Counted from the first letter of the stretch, positions 18,071-28,890 are shown. The stretch is 64,000 nucleotides of DNA from an uncultured Pseudobdellovibrionaceae bacterium (GCA_963803705.1 CAWDNU010000004.1:736001-800000), one strand, 5' to 3'. Notes: generated by a model from the sequence alone, not told the origin. Numbers and translations: made by a program.

Positions 18071-19209
18071 ATCAAGACCTTACCGATACCAAATCGGTTG
18101 CTTTTACCGCTACTATTTAATTCAGACTTGATATGGTCAAAAGATGTATGAGATACAATCTTTACACCAAAAGCTTTTAAAGCGTGCATATTTTTAGGCG
18201 AGTCAGTGATTAAGTCTATTTTAGTTAATCCCATTTTCTTCAAAATTTGCGCGCCTACTCCAAAATTTTTTTCATCCATGCCAGGGTCAATCTCGTTATA
18301 GTTTAGCCTCTTTTCAAAATTCTCGTTTTTCCGAATGTAGATTAAAACTCCGCTGGTTTTTAGTTCAAAGTAGTTTAGACAAGCTTGAATTTTTTGATGG
18401 CCTAAGGAAACGCCTCCAACAATGTCGTCTATTATATTTTGAGATTGCATACGCACAGTTATATTCTCTTCACCAGTAATTTGGCCCTTTACAAAGGCCA
18501 AATGTTCATCACCAGTCAAAGTGTCCTTAAAAACGCTAACCATTAAGGTGCTACCAAATGAATTTTGAACTTCCGATTCAGCTACTTTTTCAACTAAGCT
18601 TTCACTACTAAGCCTATGTTTGATTAGGTCTACTATAGTCCCGATTTTCATATTGTGTTTTTTCGCGAAGACTTTTAAGTCTTTCACTCTAGCCATTGTT
18701 CCATCAGGATTCATAATCTCACAGATAACGGCAGCTGGATTTAGACCAGCAAGCCTTGCTAAATCGACACTTCCTTCAGTATGACCAGCTCTTTTTAAAA
18801 CACCACCTTCTCTAGCCATTATAGGAAACACATGTCCAGGTGTAGAAACCTCATTAGACTTAGCGTTCGGATGGGCTGCGACCCTTATTGTGTGAGCTCT
18901 ATCAGCAGCAGATATACCGGTTGAGACACCCTCTGTGGCCTCGATACTCACCGTAAAAGCAGTTTGGTTCGAAGAATTGTTTTTATGTATTGGCACCATC
19001 TGATTAAGGTCTAGTCGCTTAACTTGCTTTTCAGAAAGCGCTAAGCAGACTAGGCCTCTTGCCTCGGCAACCATAAAATTAATATTTTCTGGGCTGACAA
19101 AATCTGCTGCTAATACTATATCTCCTTCGTTTTCCCGGTCTTCGTCATCTATTAGAATAACCATTTTGCCGTTTCTGATATCTTCTATAAGCTCCAGGGG
19201 TGTATTCAT
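18067..19209 (-). CDS. ribB: DHBP synthase fused to a degenerate GTP cyclohydrolase II-like domain (RibBX type)
   Basis: DDEDRENEGD, TGISAADR, GHTEG; C-terminal domain lacks the Zn-binding cysteines; start at 19209 overlaps the ribE stop. Confidence 0.9.
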   Translation of the reverse strand: MNTPLELIEDIRNGKMVILIDDEDRENEGDIVLAADFVSPENINFMVAEARGLVCLALSEKQVKRLDLNQMVPIHKNNSSNQTAFTVSIEATEGVSTGISAADRAHTIRVAAHPNAKSNEVSTPGHVFPIMAREGGVLKRAGHTEGSVDLARLAGLNPAAVICEIMNPDGTMARVKDLKVFAKKHNMKIGTIVDLIKHRLSSESLVEKVAESEVQNSFGSTLMVSVFKDTLTGDEHLAFVKGQITGEENITVRMQSQNIIDDIVGGVSLGHQKIQACLNYFELKTSGVLIYIRKNENFEKRLNYNEIDPGMDEKNFGVGAQILKKMGLTKIDLITDSPKNMHALKAFGVKIVSHTSFDHIKSELNSSGKSNRFGIGKVLI

Positions 19210-19823
19210 TTCAAAATTTCCTTTAAGGGAATGTTTTCTATTTGGTTCAAAAAAGCTTTTGCCATCCAATCAAATTCAATATTTATAAGTTCACCGGGCT
19301 TGAAGTCAGCTAAATTAGTAAGCTTCACAGTTTCTGGTATTAAACAGACCGAGACTTTACTGCGTTCAAATGCGTTGACAGTCAGACTGACGCCTGAAAG
19401 ACCTATACTGCCTTTTTTCCAGACGAATCTTTTTGCTTTATCAGTGACTTCAACAGTTAGATCCCAGGCTTCTCCGTTGGCCGCAGTTGTGATGACCCGT
19501 CCAACCTCATCGATGTGTCCACTCAAAATATGGCCGTGGACGCGGTCACCATATCTCATCGATCGTTCTAAATTGACACTTTTGTTAAGTAACCTAGTTT
19601 CATCCCACTTAGTTACATCAATAGTTTCTGGTCCAACCTCGAAAACTAACACTTCGCTGTTGAAAGCAGTCACAGTTAAACACACTCCGTTAACACAAAC
19701 ACTGTCGCCAGTTTTAATGTCATCAAAGCTTGAAGGCCTTGAAATATGGATGCGGTAAATCGAACTACCGGGGATTTCAAAGTGGGTAATTTTCGAAGAA
19801 GACTCTACTATACCTGTGAACAC
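19206..19823 (-). CDS. ribE: Riboflavin synthase
   Basis: MFTGIV, GDSVCVNGVCLTV, VNLERS, GHILSGHID. Confidence 0.95.
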   Translation of the reverse strand: MFTGIVESSSKITHFEIPGSSIYRIHISRPSSFDDIKTGDSVCVNGVCLTVTAFNSEVLVFEVGPETIDVTKWDETRLLNKSVNLERSMRYGDRVHGHILSGHIDEVGRVITTAANGEAWDLTVEVTDKAKRFVWKKGSIGLSGVSLTVNAFERSKVSVCLIPETVKLTNLADFKPGELINIEFDWMAKAFLNQIENIPLKEILK

Positions 19824-20022
19824 CCTAAACTTTTTATCAAACCAAGCTTAAAGGTCAAGCAAAGACTAGCTAGAACTTGATAAGAACACGGCAATTATCA
19901 ATTGAAGACCTTATAAACAAGTGACACTATGATTTAAGTACGCCATAGGCAGCCTACATTCTTTTGATATTACTTACTTGAAAAAGTAAAAGAGGTCCAT
20001 ATTTGGGATCTTTCTGATTTTT

Positions 20023-20619
20023 TTAAAAATTGATGTCCAAACCTAGGGTTTCAGTTTCAACATTTAGCTTTTGTTTTATGGTTACTAATCGTTGGGGAAT
20101 AGCCGCAATTTTTGTACTGTCTGGCTGGATTCCAAGTTTTGTTTCTAGAAACTCGACCCTGTGGGCGAAAGATCTTTTATCTAAGTTTTCTTTTTTCGTA
20201 AATTGCACTACTGGCATTGATCTAATGCCAAACTGTGATTCTAATTCTAATAAACTTTTTTCAATGACAAACCAATTTAAATTAGTAGAGCTTAAGCTTG
20301 CAATTTCCCTTTGTTCTGGAATTTGTCCAGGTTCATTGGCAGAAGACGTACTATCGTCAATCGTTAAAAACTGAATGTCTTCTGATCCAGAACCTTCTAC
20401 TTGAAGCACCGGATCTGAAATCTTATTGTCCTCGTTAAAAAGTCTTAAGACTCTTACAAAGGGTTGAGATATTTTCTTTTCAATTTCAGCCTGCTTCTGA
20501 GCTTCAAGCTCTTTTTCTTCATATACGAAGCCTTTTTTTATATCGAACTTTACGGCTAAAGCGGAGTTTGACATTAAAAGTATGAGTGCACCAATGTGAT
20601 AAAGAGCTAACTTCTTCAT
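20023..20619 (-). CDS. Hypothetical exported protein
   Basis: Signal peptide ending ALA; no recognised domain. Confidence 0.6.
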   Translation of the reverse strand: MKKLALYHIGALILLMSNSALAVKFDIKKGFVYEEKELEAQKQAEIEKKISQPFVRVLRLFNEDNKISDPVLQVEGSGSEDIQFLTIDDSTSSANEPGQIPEQREIASLSSTNLNWFVIEKSLLELESQFGIRSMPVVQFTKKENLDKRSFAHRVEFLETKLGIQPDSTKIAAIPQRLVTIKQKLNVETETLGLDINF

Positions 20620-20626
20620 AACTATC

Positions 20627-20653
20627 TTATCGGCGTTTAAAAAAAAAACTAAA
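20627..20653 (-). promoter_or_regulatory. sigma28 (FliA)-like promoter
   Basis: TTTAG-N14-GCCGATAA ending 7 nt before the ATG at 20619. Confidence 0.6.
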
Positions 20654-20655
20654 CC

Positions 20656-23262
20656 TTAGTCTATGGACTTAGGTAAGACGTCTACCACCAAACTTAAATC
20701 AGTGGCGCTAAGAGAAACCGAATCTCCCGATTTGACTCGATTTGAGATTATAAGTGTTGCAATTTTGTCTAATACTTCGCGGTCTATAAGTCGCTTCAAA
20801 GGTCTGGCGCCAAAATTTGCATCATATCCTTTTTTCGCAAGATATGATTGTGCTGAAGGCTCTATTTTAAGTTCGATACCCTTGTTAACTTTCAACCGTT
20901 TTATAATGATTTGCATCTGGACCAAGACTATGTCCTCAATATTAGATTTTGAAAGCGGATTGAAATAAACTACGCTGTCTAGCCTGTTTAAGAATTCCGG
21001 TTTGAAATCTTTCTTCAACATAGCTTCAACCTTAGAGATTCTTTCACTTTTAGCTATTGTGCTGTCAGATAAAAATTCAGATCCAATGTTTGATGTCATA
21101 ACTAAAATAGTATTTTTGAAGTCAACGACTCTTCCCTGCCCGTCAGTAAGTCTGCCCTCATCAAATATTTGCAAGAATATGTTAAAAACGTCTTTGTGTG
21201 CTTTTTCGATCTCATCGAATAAAATTACACTGAAAGGTTTTCGTCGGACCTGCTCAGTTAATTGACCACCTTCTTCAAATCCGACATATCCTGGTGGAGC
21301 GCCTATCAGTCTAGCAACCGAATGTTTTTCCATATATTCGCTCATGTCGATTCTAATTATATGTGACTCTGAATCAAAAAGGTTCTCAGCCAAAGCTTTT
21401 ACAGTTTCGGTTTTACCTACGCCGGTAGGCCCTAAAAATAAAAAGGTTCCGATAGGTCTGTTGGGGTCAGATATTTCAGCTCTTGAGCGTCTAACTGCCG
21501 AGGCTATTTCGAACAATGCTTCATCCTGTCCGACGACTCGCTTTTTAAGATAATCGTCAATGTGTAAATACTTTTCGGACTCTTCCTGAGTCAACTTACT
21601 GACCGGAATCTTAGTCCACGCAGATATTACTTGAGCTATTTCTTCAGGACCGACGATCTCTTTTAAAAGTTCGTTCCCCGAGCTATCATGGCTTTCAAGC
21701 TTATTAAGGGCCTTCATCTTCTCGGGAAGTATGCCGTATTTCAACCGGGCGGCTTCCTCTAACTCTGTGTCTCTCTCTGCTTTTTGTATCTGTAAATTAA
21801 TAGATTCTATATCGGATTTTAGATCCTGTACGGCGGCAATACCTTCTTTCTCTTTATTCCACTTTAAATTTAGAGCCTCTTGCTTTTCTTGAAGCTTATT
21901 CAACTGTGATTTGATTGATTTTATTTTTTCTGTCTCAGCAGATTTTTCTTTGTCCGTTAGCACGTCTTGTTCTTTTTCTAATGCTTTCAACTCGACTTTC
22001 AAGCGAGTTGTCTTTCGATTCATTTCGTCCAAAGCTTTGGGCACACTATGGATTTCGATGTTCAGCTGGCTTGCAGCTTCATCAATTAGATCAATGGCTT
22101 TATCAGGCAAAAACCTAGAACTAATATAGCGGTCGCTCAAGGTGGCTGCCGCTATTAAAGCTGAGTCTTTGATTTTTACACCATGGTGAACTTCATACTT
22201 TTCTTTAAGACCTCTTAAAATTGTTATAGTGTCATCCACAGACGGTTCTTCAACAAGAGTTGACTGAAACCTGCGCTCTAGTGCTTTATCTTTTTCTATA
22301 TATTTTCTGTACTCGTCTAAAGTGGTCGCTCCGATGCATCTAAGCTCTCCACGGGCTAATGCTGGCTTCAAAAGCTGACCGGCGTCCATTGCACCTTCCG
22401 ACTTTCCAGCACCTACCAGCGTATGTATTTCATCGATAAATAAAATTATTTGTCCATGAGATTGTGAAACAGCCTTGATCACATTTTTTAATCGCTCTTC
22501 AAATTCCCCTCTGTATTTAGCACCAGCGACCAATAGACCCATATCTAAACTTAACAATTTTTTGTTCTTTAATCCTTCTGGGATATCCCCATTAATGATC
22601 CTAACTGCTAAACCTTCAGCAATTGCGGTTTTACCCACACCAGGCTCGCCGATAAGAACTGGATTGTTTTTTGTTCTTCTAGATAAAATTTGTATAATTC
22701 GTCTAATTTCAGAGTCACGACCTATAACAGGGTCAAGCTTACCTTCGTTGGCTAAAGCTGTTAGATCTTTACAGTACTTTTCCAGAACTTTAAGAGAATC
22801 TTCTGGTTGGTCTGATGTCACACTGTCATTATTTCTAAAGTCCATTATAGCCACCTTCAAATTGTCTATATTTTTAAATTTCGCTTTTAAAACCTGCCCA
22901 ATTAAATTATTCACCTCGAAACTTTGAAGTAAAAAGTGCTCTGTGGATAAGAAATCATCTTTCAAGAGTGATTGGAACTGCTGGGATGACAATAAAAAAT
23001 CAGATAGCCTCTTTGACAAATGAATATTTTCTGTAGCTTCATTTAATCTTGGTGCATTTTCTAAGTGACTCTTTAATTTTAAGTTTAATTCTTTAAGATC
23101 ACCTTGCAGGAAATATGACCAAATTGTTTGGACCTGAGAATTTAGAGCTAAAAGAAAGTGCTCTAAATGCACTTCCGAAGCCTTTTCTTGAAATGCGGCC
23201 TTTACAGCGAAAGCCAACGCTTCTTTTGTTTTTACTGTTAACTTGTCCTGCGAAAATTCCAA
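20656..23262 (-). CDS. clpB: ClpB disaggregase
   Basis: Two AAA+ modules ([16 protein letters not shown]), middle coiled coil, GYVG pore loop. Confidence 0.95.
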   Translation of the reverse strand: MEFSQDKLTVKTKEALAFAVKAAFQEKASEVHLEHFLLALNSQVQTIWSYFLQGDLKELNLKLKSHLENAPRLNEATENIHLSKRLSDFLLSSQQFQSLLKDDFLSTEHFLLQSFEVNNLIGQVLKAKFKNIDNLKVAIMDFRNNDSVTSDQPEDSLKVLEKYCKDLTALANEGKLDPVIGRDSEIRRIIQILSRRTKNNPVLIGEPGVGKTAIAEGLAVRIINGDIPEGLKNKKLLSLDMGLLVAGAKYRGEFEERLKNVIKAVSQSHGQIILFIDEIHTLVGAGKSEGAMDAGQLLKPALARGELRCIGATTLDEYRKYIEKDKALERRFQSTLVEEPSVDDTITILRGLKEKYEVHHGVKIKDSALIAAATLSDRYISSRFLPDKAIDLIDEAASQLNIEIHSVPKALDEMNRKTTRLKVELKALEKEQDVLTDKEKSAETEKIKSIKSQLNKLQEKQEALNLKWNKEKEGIAAVQDLKSDIESINLQIQKAERDTELEEAARLKYGILPEKMKALNKLESHDSSGNELLKEIVGPEEIAQVISAWTKIPVSKLTQEESEKYLHIDDYLKKRVVGQDEALFEIASAVRRSRAEISDPNRPIGTFLFLGPTGVGKTETVKALAENLFDSESHIIRIDMSEYMEKHSVARLIGAPPGYVGFEEGGQLTEQVRRKPFSVILFDEIEKAHKDVFNIFLQIFDEGRLTDGQGRVVDFKNTILVMTSNIGSEFLSDSTIAKSERISKVEAMLKKDFKPEFLNRLDSVVYFNPLSKSNIEDIVLVQMQIIIKRLKVNKGIELKIEPSAQSYLAKKGYDANFGARPLKRLIDREVLDKIATLIISNRVKSGDSVSLSATDLSLVVDVLPKSID

Positions 23263-23370
23263 AATATGGTCCTTGTTAGTGATTCGTATCTAGCATCGCG
23301 ATTCATACCTACAAGGTAAAGGTGAGTTTTAATGGTGCATTGTCAAGCCTAGTAAGATAGACACTAAATT

Positions 23371-23586
23371 ATGCCAAAAATGACGATCCGCCCAGATCGA
23401 GTTCAAGCCCAAGATATTAAAGATTTGAAATTGGTGTTTGCTTGTGAGGACTGCTCTTATTTTAATTCCAAAACTGAGTCCTGTGTACTTGGACTTTCCG
23501 TTCGCGCTCACTTACGAATGGCCCAACTTAGAAAGTTTGAATTGAGTGGGCAAATGCTTTTTTGTAGATTTATCGAAATCGATTAA
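23371..23586 (+). CDS. Small Cys-rich hypothetical protein (possible metal binding)
   Basis: CEDC...C...H...C pattern, 71 aa, divergent from clpB. Confidence 0.6.
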   Translation: MPKMTIRPDRVQAQDIKDLKLVFACEDCSYFNSKTESCVLGLSVRAHLRMAQLRKFELSGQMLFCRFIEID

Positions 23587-23603
23587 AATGCTATACTTTT
23601 CGA

Positions 23604-24488
23604 ATGTCTCTATTTTTAACTATAATATTCACTTTAATTATTTTGGTACTGCTTCACGCCACAGGATTGATACTTGCTTATCGGCAGATCAAGATTTACA
23701 AAAAAGTTGAGATTGATGGCTACACTATGCATTATCGATCTTCGGGAAAAGGGTCGAAAAAAGTTTTACTGATACATGGTATGTTTTCCAATTTACATTG
23801 TTGGGACAGCTTCTTAAAATTTAAAAGTGAAAATGTCGAGTATATATCCATTGATCTGCCACAGATGGGCGAAAGCCAAACTAAGAATCTGGCGACTCCA
23901 GTTTATAGAATAGAAGATCTTATTTTTAATTTCAGTAAGCATTTAAAGCTAAATTCGCCGTCGATTGTGGGCTGCTCTTTAGGCGGTTTAGCTGCTTATT
24001 TGGCCAAAGTTAAATATCCAGACTACTTCGATAAGTGCATTATCGTTGCTTCGCCCTTTAATACCGCGTTTCTAAACGCTAAATTATACAAAATAAGTTT
24101 TTTATCACCTGTAGCTAATTTGATGGTCAACCCAATTATTATTGCTTTCTCATATGCGAGGATTGCAAAAACTACGGTGCGAAAGTCGATAAAACGAATT
24201 TTAACTATCTTCTGTAAATTTAGAAATCCACAGCATTTTAGATCGTCTATAGAGTATTTGCAGCTGATCTCAATCGTCGAGCAAAAACTTGAAATACCAA
24301 CCAAGGTCGAGAACTACTTCTTCATTTGGGGCACTGGTGACAAAGTGGTTAAAAAATCTGGTTTCCAAGCTTTTTTAGGTCAAAATCAGCGGCTTAATTA
24401 TGACGAGATCCCTGAAGCGTCACACCACCCTATGGAAAGCCACCCAACTTTATTCGCGAAGAAACTATCAGGCATACTAAATTCTTAG
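23604..24488 (+). CDS. Membrane-anchored alpha/beta hydrolase
   Basis: N-terminal TM, LLIHG, GCSLGG nucleophile elbow, WGTGD, SHHP. Confidence 0.85.
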   Translation: MSLFLTIIFTLIILVLLHATGLILAYRQIKIYKKVEIDGYTMHYRSSGKGSKKVLLIHGMFSNLHCWDSFLKFKSENVEYISIDLPQMGESQTKNLATPVYRIEDLIFNFSKHLKLNSPSIVGCSLGGLAAYLAKVKYPDYFDKCIIVASPFNTAFLNAKLYKISFLSPVANLMVNPIIIAFSYARIAKTTVRKSIKRILTIFCKFRNPQHFRSSIEYLQLISIVEQKLEIPTKVENYFFIWGTGDKVVKKSGFQAFLGQNQRLNYDEIPEASHHPMESHPTLFAKKLSGILNS

Positions 24489-24642
24489 TACAATTAGCGT
24501 CCTTAGCCCAATTTTAATTATAATTTTTCATCTTTTTTGTTGCGACTTAGTGTTAAAAAAATACAATAGTTCCTGGGGCATCCTATTATTTTGCATAGCT
24601 TCGTCGAATTAAGTAAACATTTTTCATATCGAGGTAAACTTC

Positions 24643-25419
24643 GTGGCACAATCAAAGAAAAAAAAGTTAAAAACTGCACCTAAAAAAAAGAAGCCTTTAA
24701 AAAAAGTTAAAAAAAAGTCAGTTAGAAAAGCTGTAAGAAAAAAAGCCTCAAAAAGAAAAGTAACAAAAAAAGTTAGCTCAAAGAAAAAAATCAACAAAAA
24801 AAAGATTGTTAAAAAAAAGAAGGTCCTAAAGAAAAAGTCTGCAAAGAAAAAAGTTGCAAAAAAAGTTAAGAAAAAAGCAGATAAAAAACCAAGTCCAAAG
24901 AAAAAGAAATCTCTAAAACCTGTTTCTAAGAAAAAAACATCAAAAAATTCTGCAGCCAATAAAAACACAGCAAGAACGAAAAGTTTAAACGATTCTAAGA
25001 AAAAAATTAAAAGTGCAAAAAAAGCGGAAAAAGAAACTTTGAATATATTAAAAGATATCAAAAACTTAACTGCACCTAAGGTAGTGGTTAAGCCAGTTGT
25101 AGTTTCGAAGGAAAATGACAAGCCAAAGGCACCCGATCTACATGAAATAATAGGAAAAAGACACTCGACTATTGCAGAGCCCATTAACCCATTCATTGTA
25201 GTGGAGAAAAAAAAGAAAAATATCGTAGATGAAACCGATGATGAAGACGAAATCTTTGACTACTCTAGTTCATCTAAAAAAACCTTTCAATCGGTTGACG
25301 ACTTCGAAGATTTGGACGAAGAGGATGAAGAAGATGATCTATTCGAAGACCTTAATGCAAACTTAAACAACAATAATCTAGGTAGCGATGAAGACGACGA
25401 TGAAGACGATTATTTCTGA
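24643..25419 (+). CDS. Histone-H1-like Lys-rich protein with acidic tail
   Basis: N-terminal half dominated by K with A/V/S/P; C-terminal D/E tracts; GAGG RBS before GTG. Confidence 0.7.
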   Translation: MAQSKKKKLKTAPKKKKPLKKVKKKSVRKAVRKKASKRKVTKKVSSKKKINKKKIVKKKKVLKKKSAKKKVAKKVKKKADKKPSPKKKKSLKPVSKKKTSKNSAANKNTARTKSLNDSKKKIKSAKKAEKETLNILKDIKNLTAPKVVVKPVVVSKENDKPKAPDLHEIIGKRHSTIAEPINPFIVVEKKKKNIVDETDDEDEIFDYSSSSKKTFQSVDDFEDLDEEDEEDDLFEDLNANLNNNNLGSDEDDDEDDYF

Positions 25420-26168
25420 GAAGCTGTAGCTCGGTACTTCATATTTAAAATTTCAACCAATACCGAAAATGCCATTGCAAAGTAAATATAACCTTTATTT
25501 ACATGGGTTCCCATAGACTCAGCCACAAGCATCACACCAATCAGCAGCAGAAAAGATAAAGCAAGTATTTTTAAAGCTGGGTTAGATTCTACAAAATCTC
25601 CGATGGTTTTGGCTGATAAAAGCATAACTATCATAGCGAAAACCATGGCTATAACCATTATAGCTATTTGATCAGCCATCCCAACGGCGGTAATGACAGA
25701 GTCTAAGGAAAAAACTATATCCAGAACTATAATTTGAATCAAAATTGACCGTGCTGCGCTCAAGCCAAATTTCGATTTGGGTTGAGTTTCAGCAAAATCT
25801 TGATTTTCGCTTTTGGCATCACCAACTAAGCCTACCTTATGATGGATCTCTAACGTAGATTTAGCGATTAGAAACAAGCCACCAAAAAGTAAGATTAAAT
25901 CTCGCCCAGAAAAGCTAAAGTTAAAGACTGAAATCAGTGGCTCAGTTAGACCCATAACCCAGGTTATGGAGAATAGAAGTCCTAACCTCATAATCAATGC
26001 TAAACCAATGCCTAGGTTTCTAATTCTTTCTCTTTCATTATCGGGAAGTTTAGCAACTAAAATTGCGATGAAAATGATATTGTCTATACCTAAAACGATT
26101 TCCATTAGGCTTAAAGTAAGTAATGCAGTTAAAGCTTCGACAGATGCAAGGTTTTGAATGAGTTCCAT
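25410..26168 (-). CDS. terC: TerC family membrane protein
   Basis: EIVLGIDN, DIVFSLDSVITAVG, KGYIYFAMAFS. Confidence 0.92.
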   Translation of the reverse strand: MELIQNLASVEALTALLTLSLMEIVLGIDNIIFIAILVAKLPDNERERIRNLGIGLALIMRLGLLFSITWVMGLTEPLISVFNFSFSGRDLILLFGGLFLIAKSTLEIHHKVGLVGDAKSENQDFAETQPKSKFGLSAARSILIQIIVLDIVFSLDSVITAVGMADQIAIMVIAMVFAMIVMLLSAKTIGDFVESNPALKILALSFLLLIGVMLVAESMGTHVNKGYIYFAMAFSVLVEILNMKYRATASQK

Positions 26169-26211
26169 GTGAGCATGATATCATGGAAGCTTTGAAGCGC
26201 AACGTTTCTCA

Positions 26212-26370
26212 ATTTTTTAAAATCAAATCGTTTTAGTTTGTTATAAATTATAAGCCTTAAAAGCTCGATCATACGTTTGTAGCATTTTTGCATCAGCAAA
26301 ATGCTACAATCCGAGCTCACTTTTAGGCCTATAATTTATAACAAACTAAAACGATTTGATTTTAAAAAAT
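26212..26370. repeat. Long palindrome 1: perfect 41-bp arms around a structured core
   Basis: 26212-26252 is the exact reverse complement of 26330-26370; core 26263-26320 is homologous to 51403-51460. Confidence 0.92.
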
Positions 26371-26455
26371 ATATCAAAAACGGGATACATGGTAAAAAAA
26401 TTCCAATGCTATTTAATTCAAATAAAATAATGCATTTTTTAAGAATTTTTTCTTT

Positions 26456-26489
26456 AAAAAAAGGTCCTAACAAGATGTTAGAACCTTTT
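26456..26489 (-). terminator. Intrinsic terminator after the sigma54 activator gene
   Basis: GGTTCTAACA-TCT-TGTTAGGACC followed by a T run on the minus strand. Confidence 0.7.
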
Positions 26490-26513
26490 GGAATTCTTGA
26501 ATGGATCTACAAC

Positions 26514-27563
26514 TTAACCATTTGGAATCTTAGTATGTACTGCGAATCTATCAAATTCACCGTACTCGTGCAGCTTATTATATAAAGTCTTAATAGTTAT
26601 TCCTAAAGCTGTTGCTGCTTGCGTTTTATTTCCATCAAAATGGTTTAATGCTTTGATGATATACCGTTTCTCAAGCTCATGAATCGTTATAGCTGGATCG
26701 TAATCTTCCATAACAAAACGGCTTTCCTGGCTTTTAACAAAATCAGGTAGATCCTTAGGTGTTATAATTTCACCTTCAGATAATATTTGTAGCCTTTCGC
26801 AGACGTTTTGAAGTTCTCTGATGTTACCAGGCCAGTCGTACTTCAATAAAACGTCCATAGACTCTGGGTTCACAGAGATTCCACGATTTAAGTATCGGTG
26901 AGATCCATTTTTAAGAAAATAATCAATTAAAAGAGGAATGTCCTCTTTCCTTCTTCTTAATGGCGGAGAACTAATCACAATAGTATTGATCCGGTAGTAA
27001 AGATCTTCCCTAAAGCTTCCTCTGGCTACTTCTTTATCAAGCTCTTTATTTGTGGCACTAACTAAACGAATATCAACTTTTATAGGCTCTTTACCACCAA
27101 CTCTAAATATTTCACCCTCTTGCAGAAAGCGTAAGAGTTTAGACTGTATACCTGGTGTTAACTCACCAATTTCATCTAAAAATAAGGTTCCACCATTGGC
27201 AGCTTCTGCCAATCCTATTTTTCTAGCGTAAGCTCCAGTAAAAGCTCCTTTCTCGTGACCAAAAAGTTCACTTTCCAAAAGAGTTTCTCTTAAAGCCCCA
27301 CAATTGATGGCTACGAAAGGCTTATTCTTTCTTTGGCTTCGATCATGGATGGCTTGAGCTATTAGCTCTTTACCGGTCCCACTTTCACCTAAAACTAAGA
27401 CGGTTGCACTGGATGGAGCCACCCTGTCTACCATCTTTATTAACTGATCCATGAGTTCAGACTTATAAACAATTGTTTTCTTCGGTGTGAATGGCTCGAT
27501 CTTTGGTACAAATCGAGTTTGCTCACCAACAGACAATGAGGTCGGTTTAGAATATTCGGACAT
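26514..27563 (-). CDS. Sigma54-dependent activator lacking an N-terminal regulatory domain
   Basis: GESGTGKE, GAFTGA, LFLDEIG, WPGNIREL, Fis-type HTH; only ~30 aa precede the AAA+ domain. Confidence 0.92.
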   Translation of the reverse strand: MSEYSKPTSLSVGEQTRFVPKIEPFTPKKTIVYKSELMDQLIKMVDRVAPSSATVLVLGESGTGKELIAQAIHDRSQRKNKPFVAINCGALRETLLESELFGHEKGAFTGAYARKIGLAEAANGGTLFLDEIGELTPGIQSKLLRFLQEGEIFRVGGKEPIKVDIRLVSATNKELDKEVARGSFREDLYYRINTIVISSPPLRRRKEDIPLLIDYFLKNGSHRYLNRGISVNPESMDVLLKYDWPGNIRELQNVCERLQILSEGEIITPKDLPDFVKSQESRFVMEDYDPAITIHELEKRYIIKALNHFDGNKTQAATALGITIKTLYNKLHEYGEFDRFAVHTKIPNG

Positions 27564-27738
27564 ACGTACAACTCCTTAGTTTGGTTACTTAAAAACCTTG
27601 CCGAGTGAACCTCTAAATACCGGACGTTTGTCTCAATTTGGTACTTAGCGTCAGGACGTTTGTACTGCATGCTTGAAAAATATGCAAGTAATTTTTTTAA
27701 AAAAAGCATAATATTTACAGTTAAGGAGGAATTTTAAC

Positions 27739-28770
27739 ATTAGTAGCGACGATCAAAACATCAAAGATATATTAGTTAACTACCTGAATTTTCTGTGCTT
27801 TTCTGGAAAATACAGCTATAACTCAAGCCTAAACTACCTGTCCGACTTAAACCAATACTTTACCCCATTATTACAGGGTCAGTTTTTGGTAGATAATAGC
27901 AATAAATGCATTTTCTTTAAGCAAATACGGGCTAAAAAATTAAATAAAGGAAACATTGATGCTTCTTTTACCGCAGCTCAAAGTCGACAGCTTGTCTCTC
28001 AGACAGAACCAATTGGTTTTCAAAGCTTAAAATATATTATAAAAATCGCGTACGATCACTCAAAACAAAAACTTTCAACCCTTTCGCCTACAAGTAGACG
28101 TCGTAAGCTTTCATCGCTTAAGGGCTTCAGCAAGTGGTGCTTAGAACAAGAACTTATAGATTCTGACCCTATGCGATCTGCTCCAACGACAAAATTAAAG
28201 GAACTACTTCCAAAGTATTTAAATTTGGACGAGATTTTAGTTTACTACGAATCTTTAAGGTCAGATGTAGAAAATGAACCTTTTAAATATCAAAACGAAT
28301 TACTATGTTTTCTAGTTTTTTATGGATGTGGACTAAGACTAGATGAAACTTGCAATATCAGGTCTGAAAATATCGATCTAAAAAATTGCAGAATACTAAT
28401 CAAAGGTAAAGGCTCTACAGAAAGGTTCGCTATTCTACCAGATTTTGTGATTAGAAGACTTAAGGCCCTTTGGACGCCAACGGATAACTACCTTTATGGT
28501 AAGAAAGCTTTAGTAAATCGCACAGTTTATAATTGGGTTAGAAAAAGGGGCCTTAAAGCCGGTCTACATAAACCCGTCCATCCCCACATGTTCAGACATA
28601 GTTTTGCTACACATATGCTTCGAGAAAAAACTGATCTAAGACATCTTCAAGAACTGCTAGGCCATAGTTCGCTAGTAGCAACCCAGCGCTACACTCACCT
28701 TGATAAAGACCAGATACTTCAAAGCTTAGAAAGCTTCCATCCCTTATCAGATAGTGACATCAAAAAGTGA
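27739..28770 (+). CDS. xerC: XerC/XerD-family tyrosine recombinase (probable ATT start at 27739)
   Basis: GLRLDE, KGKG, HPHMFRHSFATH, LLGH, TQRYTH; the frame extends 49 codons upstream of the track start with Xer N-domain-like sequence. Confidence 0.8.
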   Translation: MSSDDQNIKDILVNYLNFLCFSGKYSYNSSLNYLSDLNQYFTPLLQGQFLVDNSNKCIFFKQIRAKKLNKGNIDASFTAAQSRQLVSQTEPIGFQSLKYIIKIAYDHSKQKLSTLSPTSRRRKLSSLKGFSKWCLEQELIDSDPMRSAPTTKLKELLPKYLNLDEILVYYESLRSDVENEPFKYQNELLCFLVFYGCGLRLDETCNIRSENIDLKNCRILIKGKGSTERFAILPDFVIRRLKALWTPTDNYLYGKKALVNRTVYNWVRKRGLKAGLHKPVHPHMFRHSFATHMLREKTDLRHLQELLGHSSLVATQRYTHLDKDQILQSLESFHPLSDSDIKK

Positions 28771-28819
28771 AGGCGAGCACAAAACAAATTCTTTTGAAGA
28801 TTAAGTAGTAAAAACCTGT

Positions 28820-28840
28820 ATGAATCTTCCACAGGCCCTA
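28820..28840. repeat. 21-bp inverted repeat, left copy
   Basis: ATGAATCTTCCACAGGCCCTA; exact reverse complement at 30026-30046. Confidence 0.85.
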
Positions 28841-28890
28841 GTATTAAATATCTAATATGGTAAATCTCTGTGCTATAAGGAGTTCATTTT

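Noticed and set aside
19824..20022. FMN riboswitch upstream of the rib genes
   Set aside because: No RFN-like conserved segments visible
24624..25196. Phe-rich 190-aa membrane-like ORF
   Set aside because: Antisense shadow of the AAA/AAG-rich H1-like gene
26129..26585. Two opposite-strand ORFs sharing IIYNKLKRFDFKK
   Set aside because: The shared peptide is just the two arms of palindrome 1; no evidence of coding
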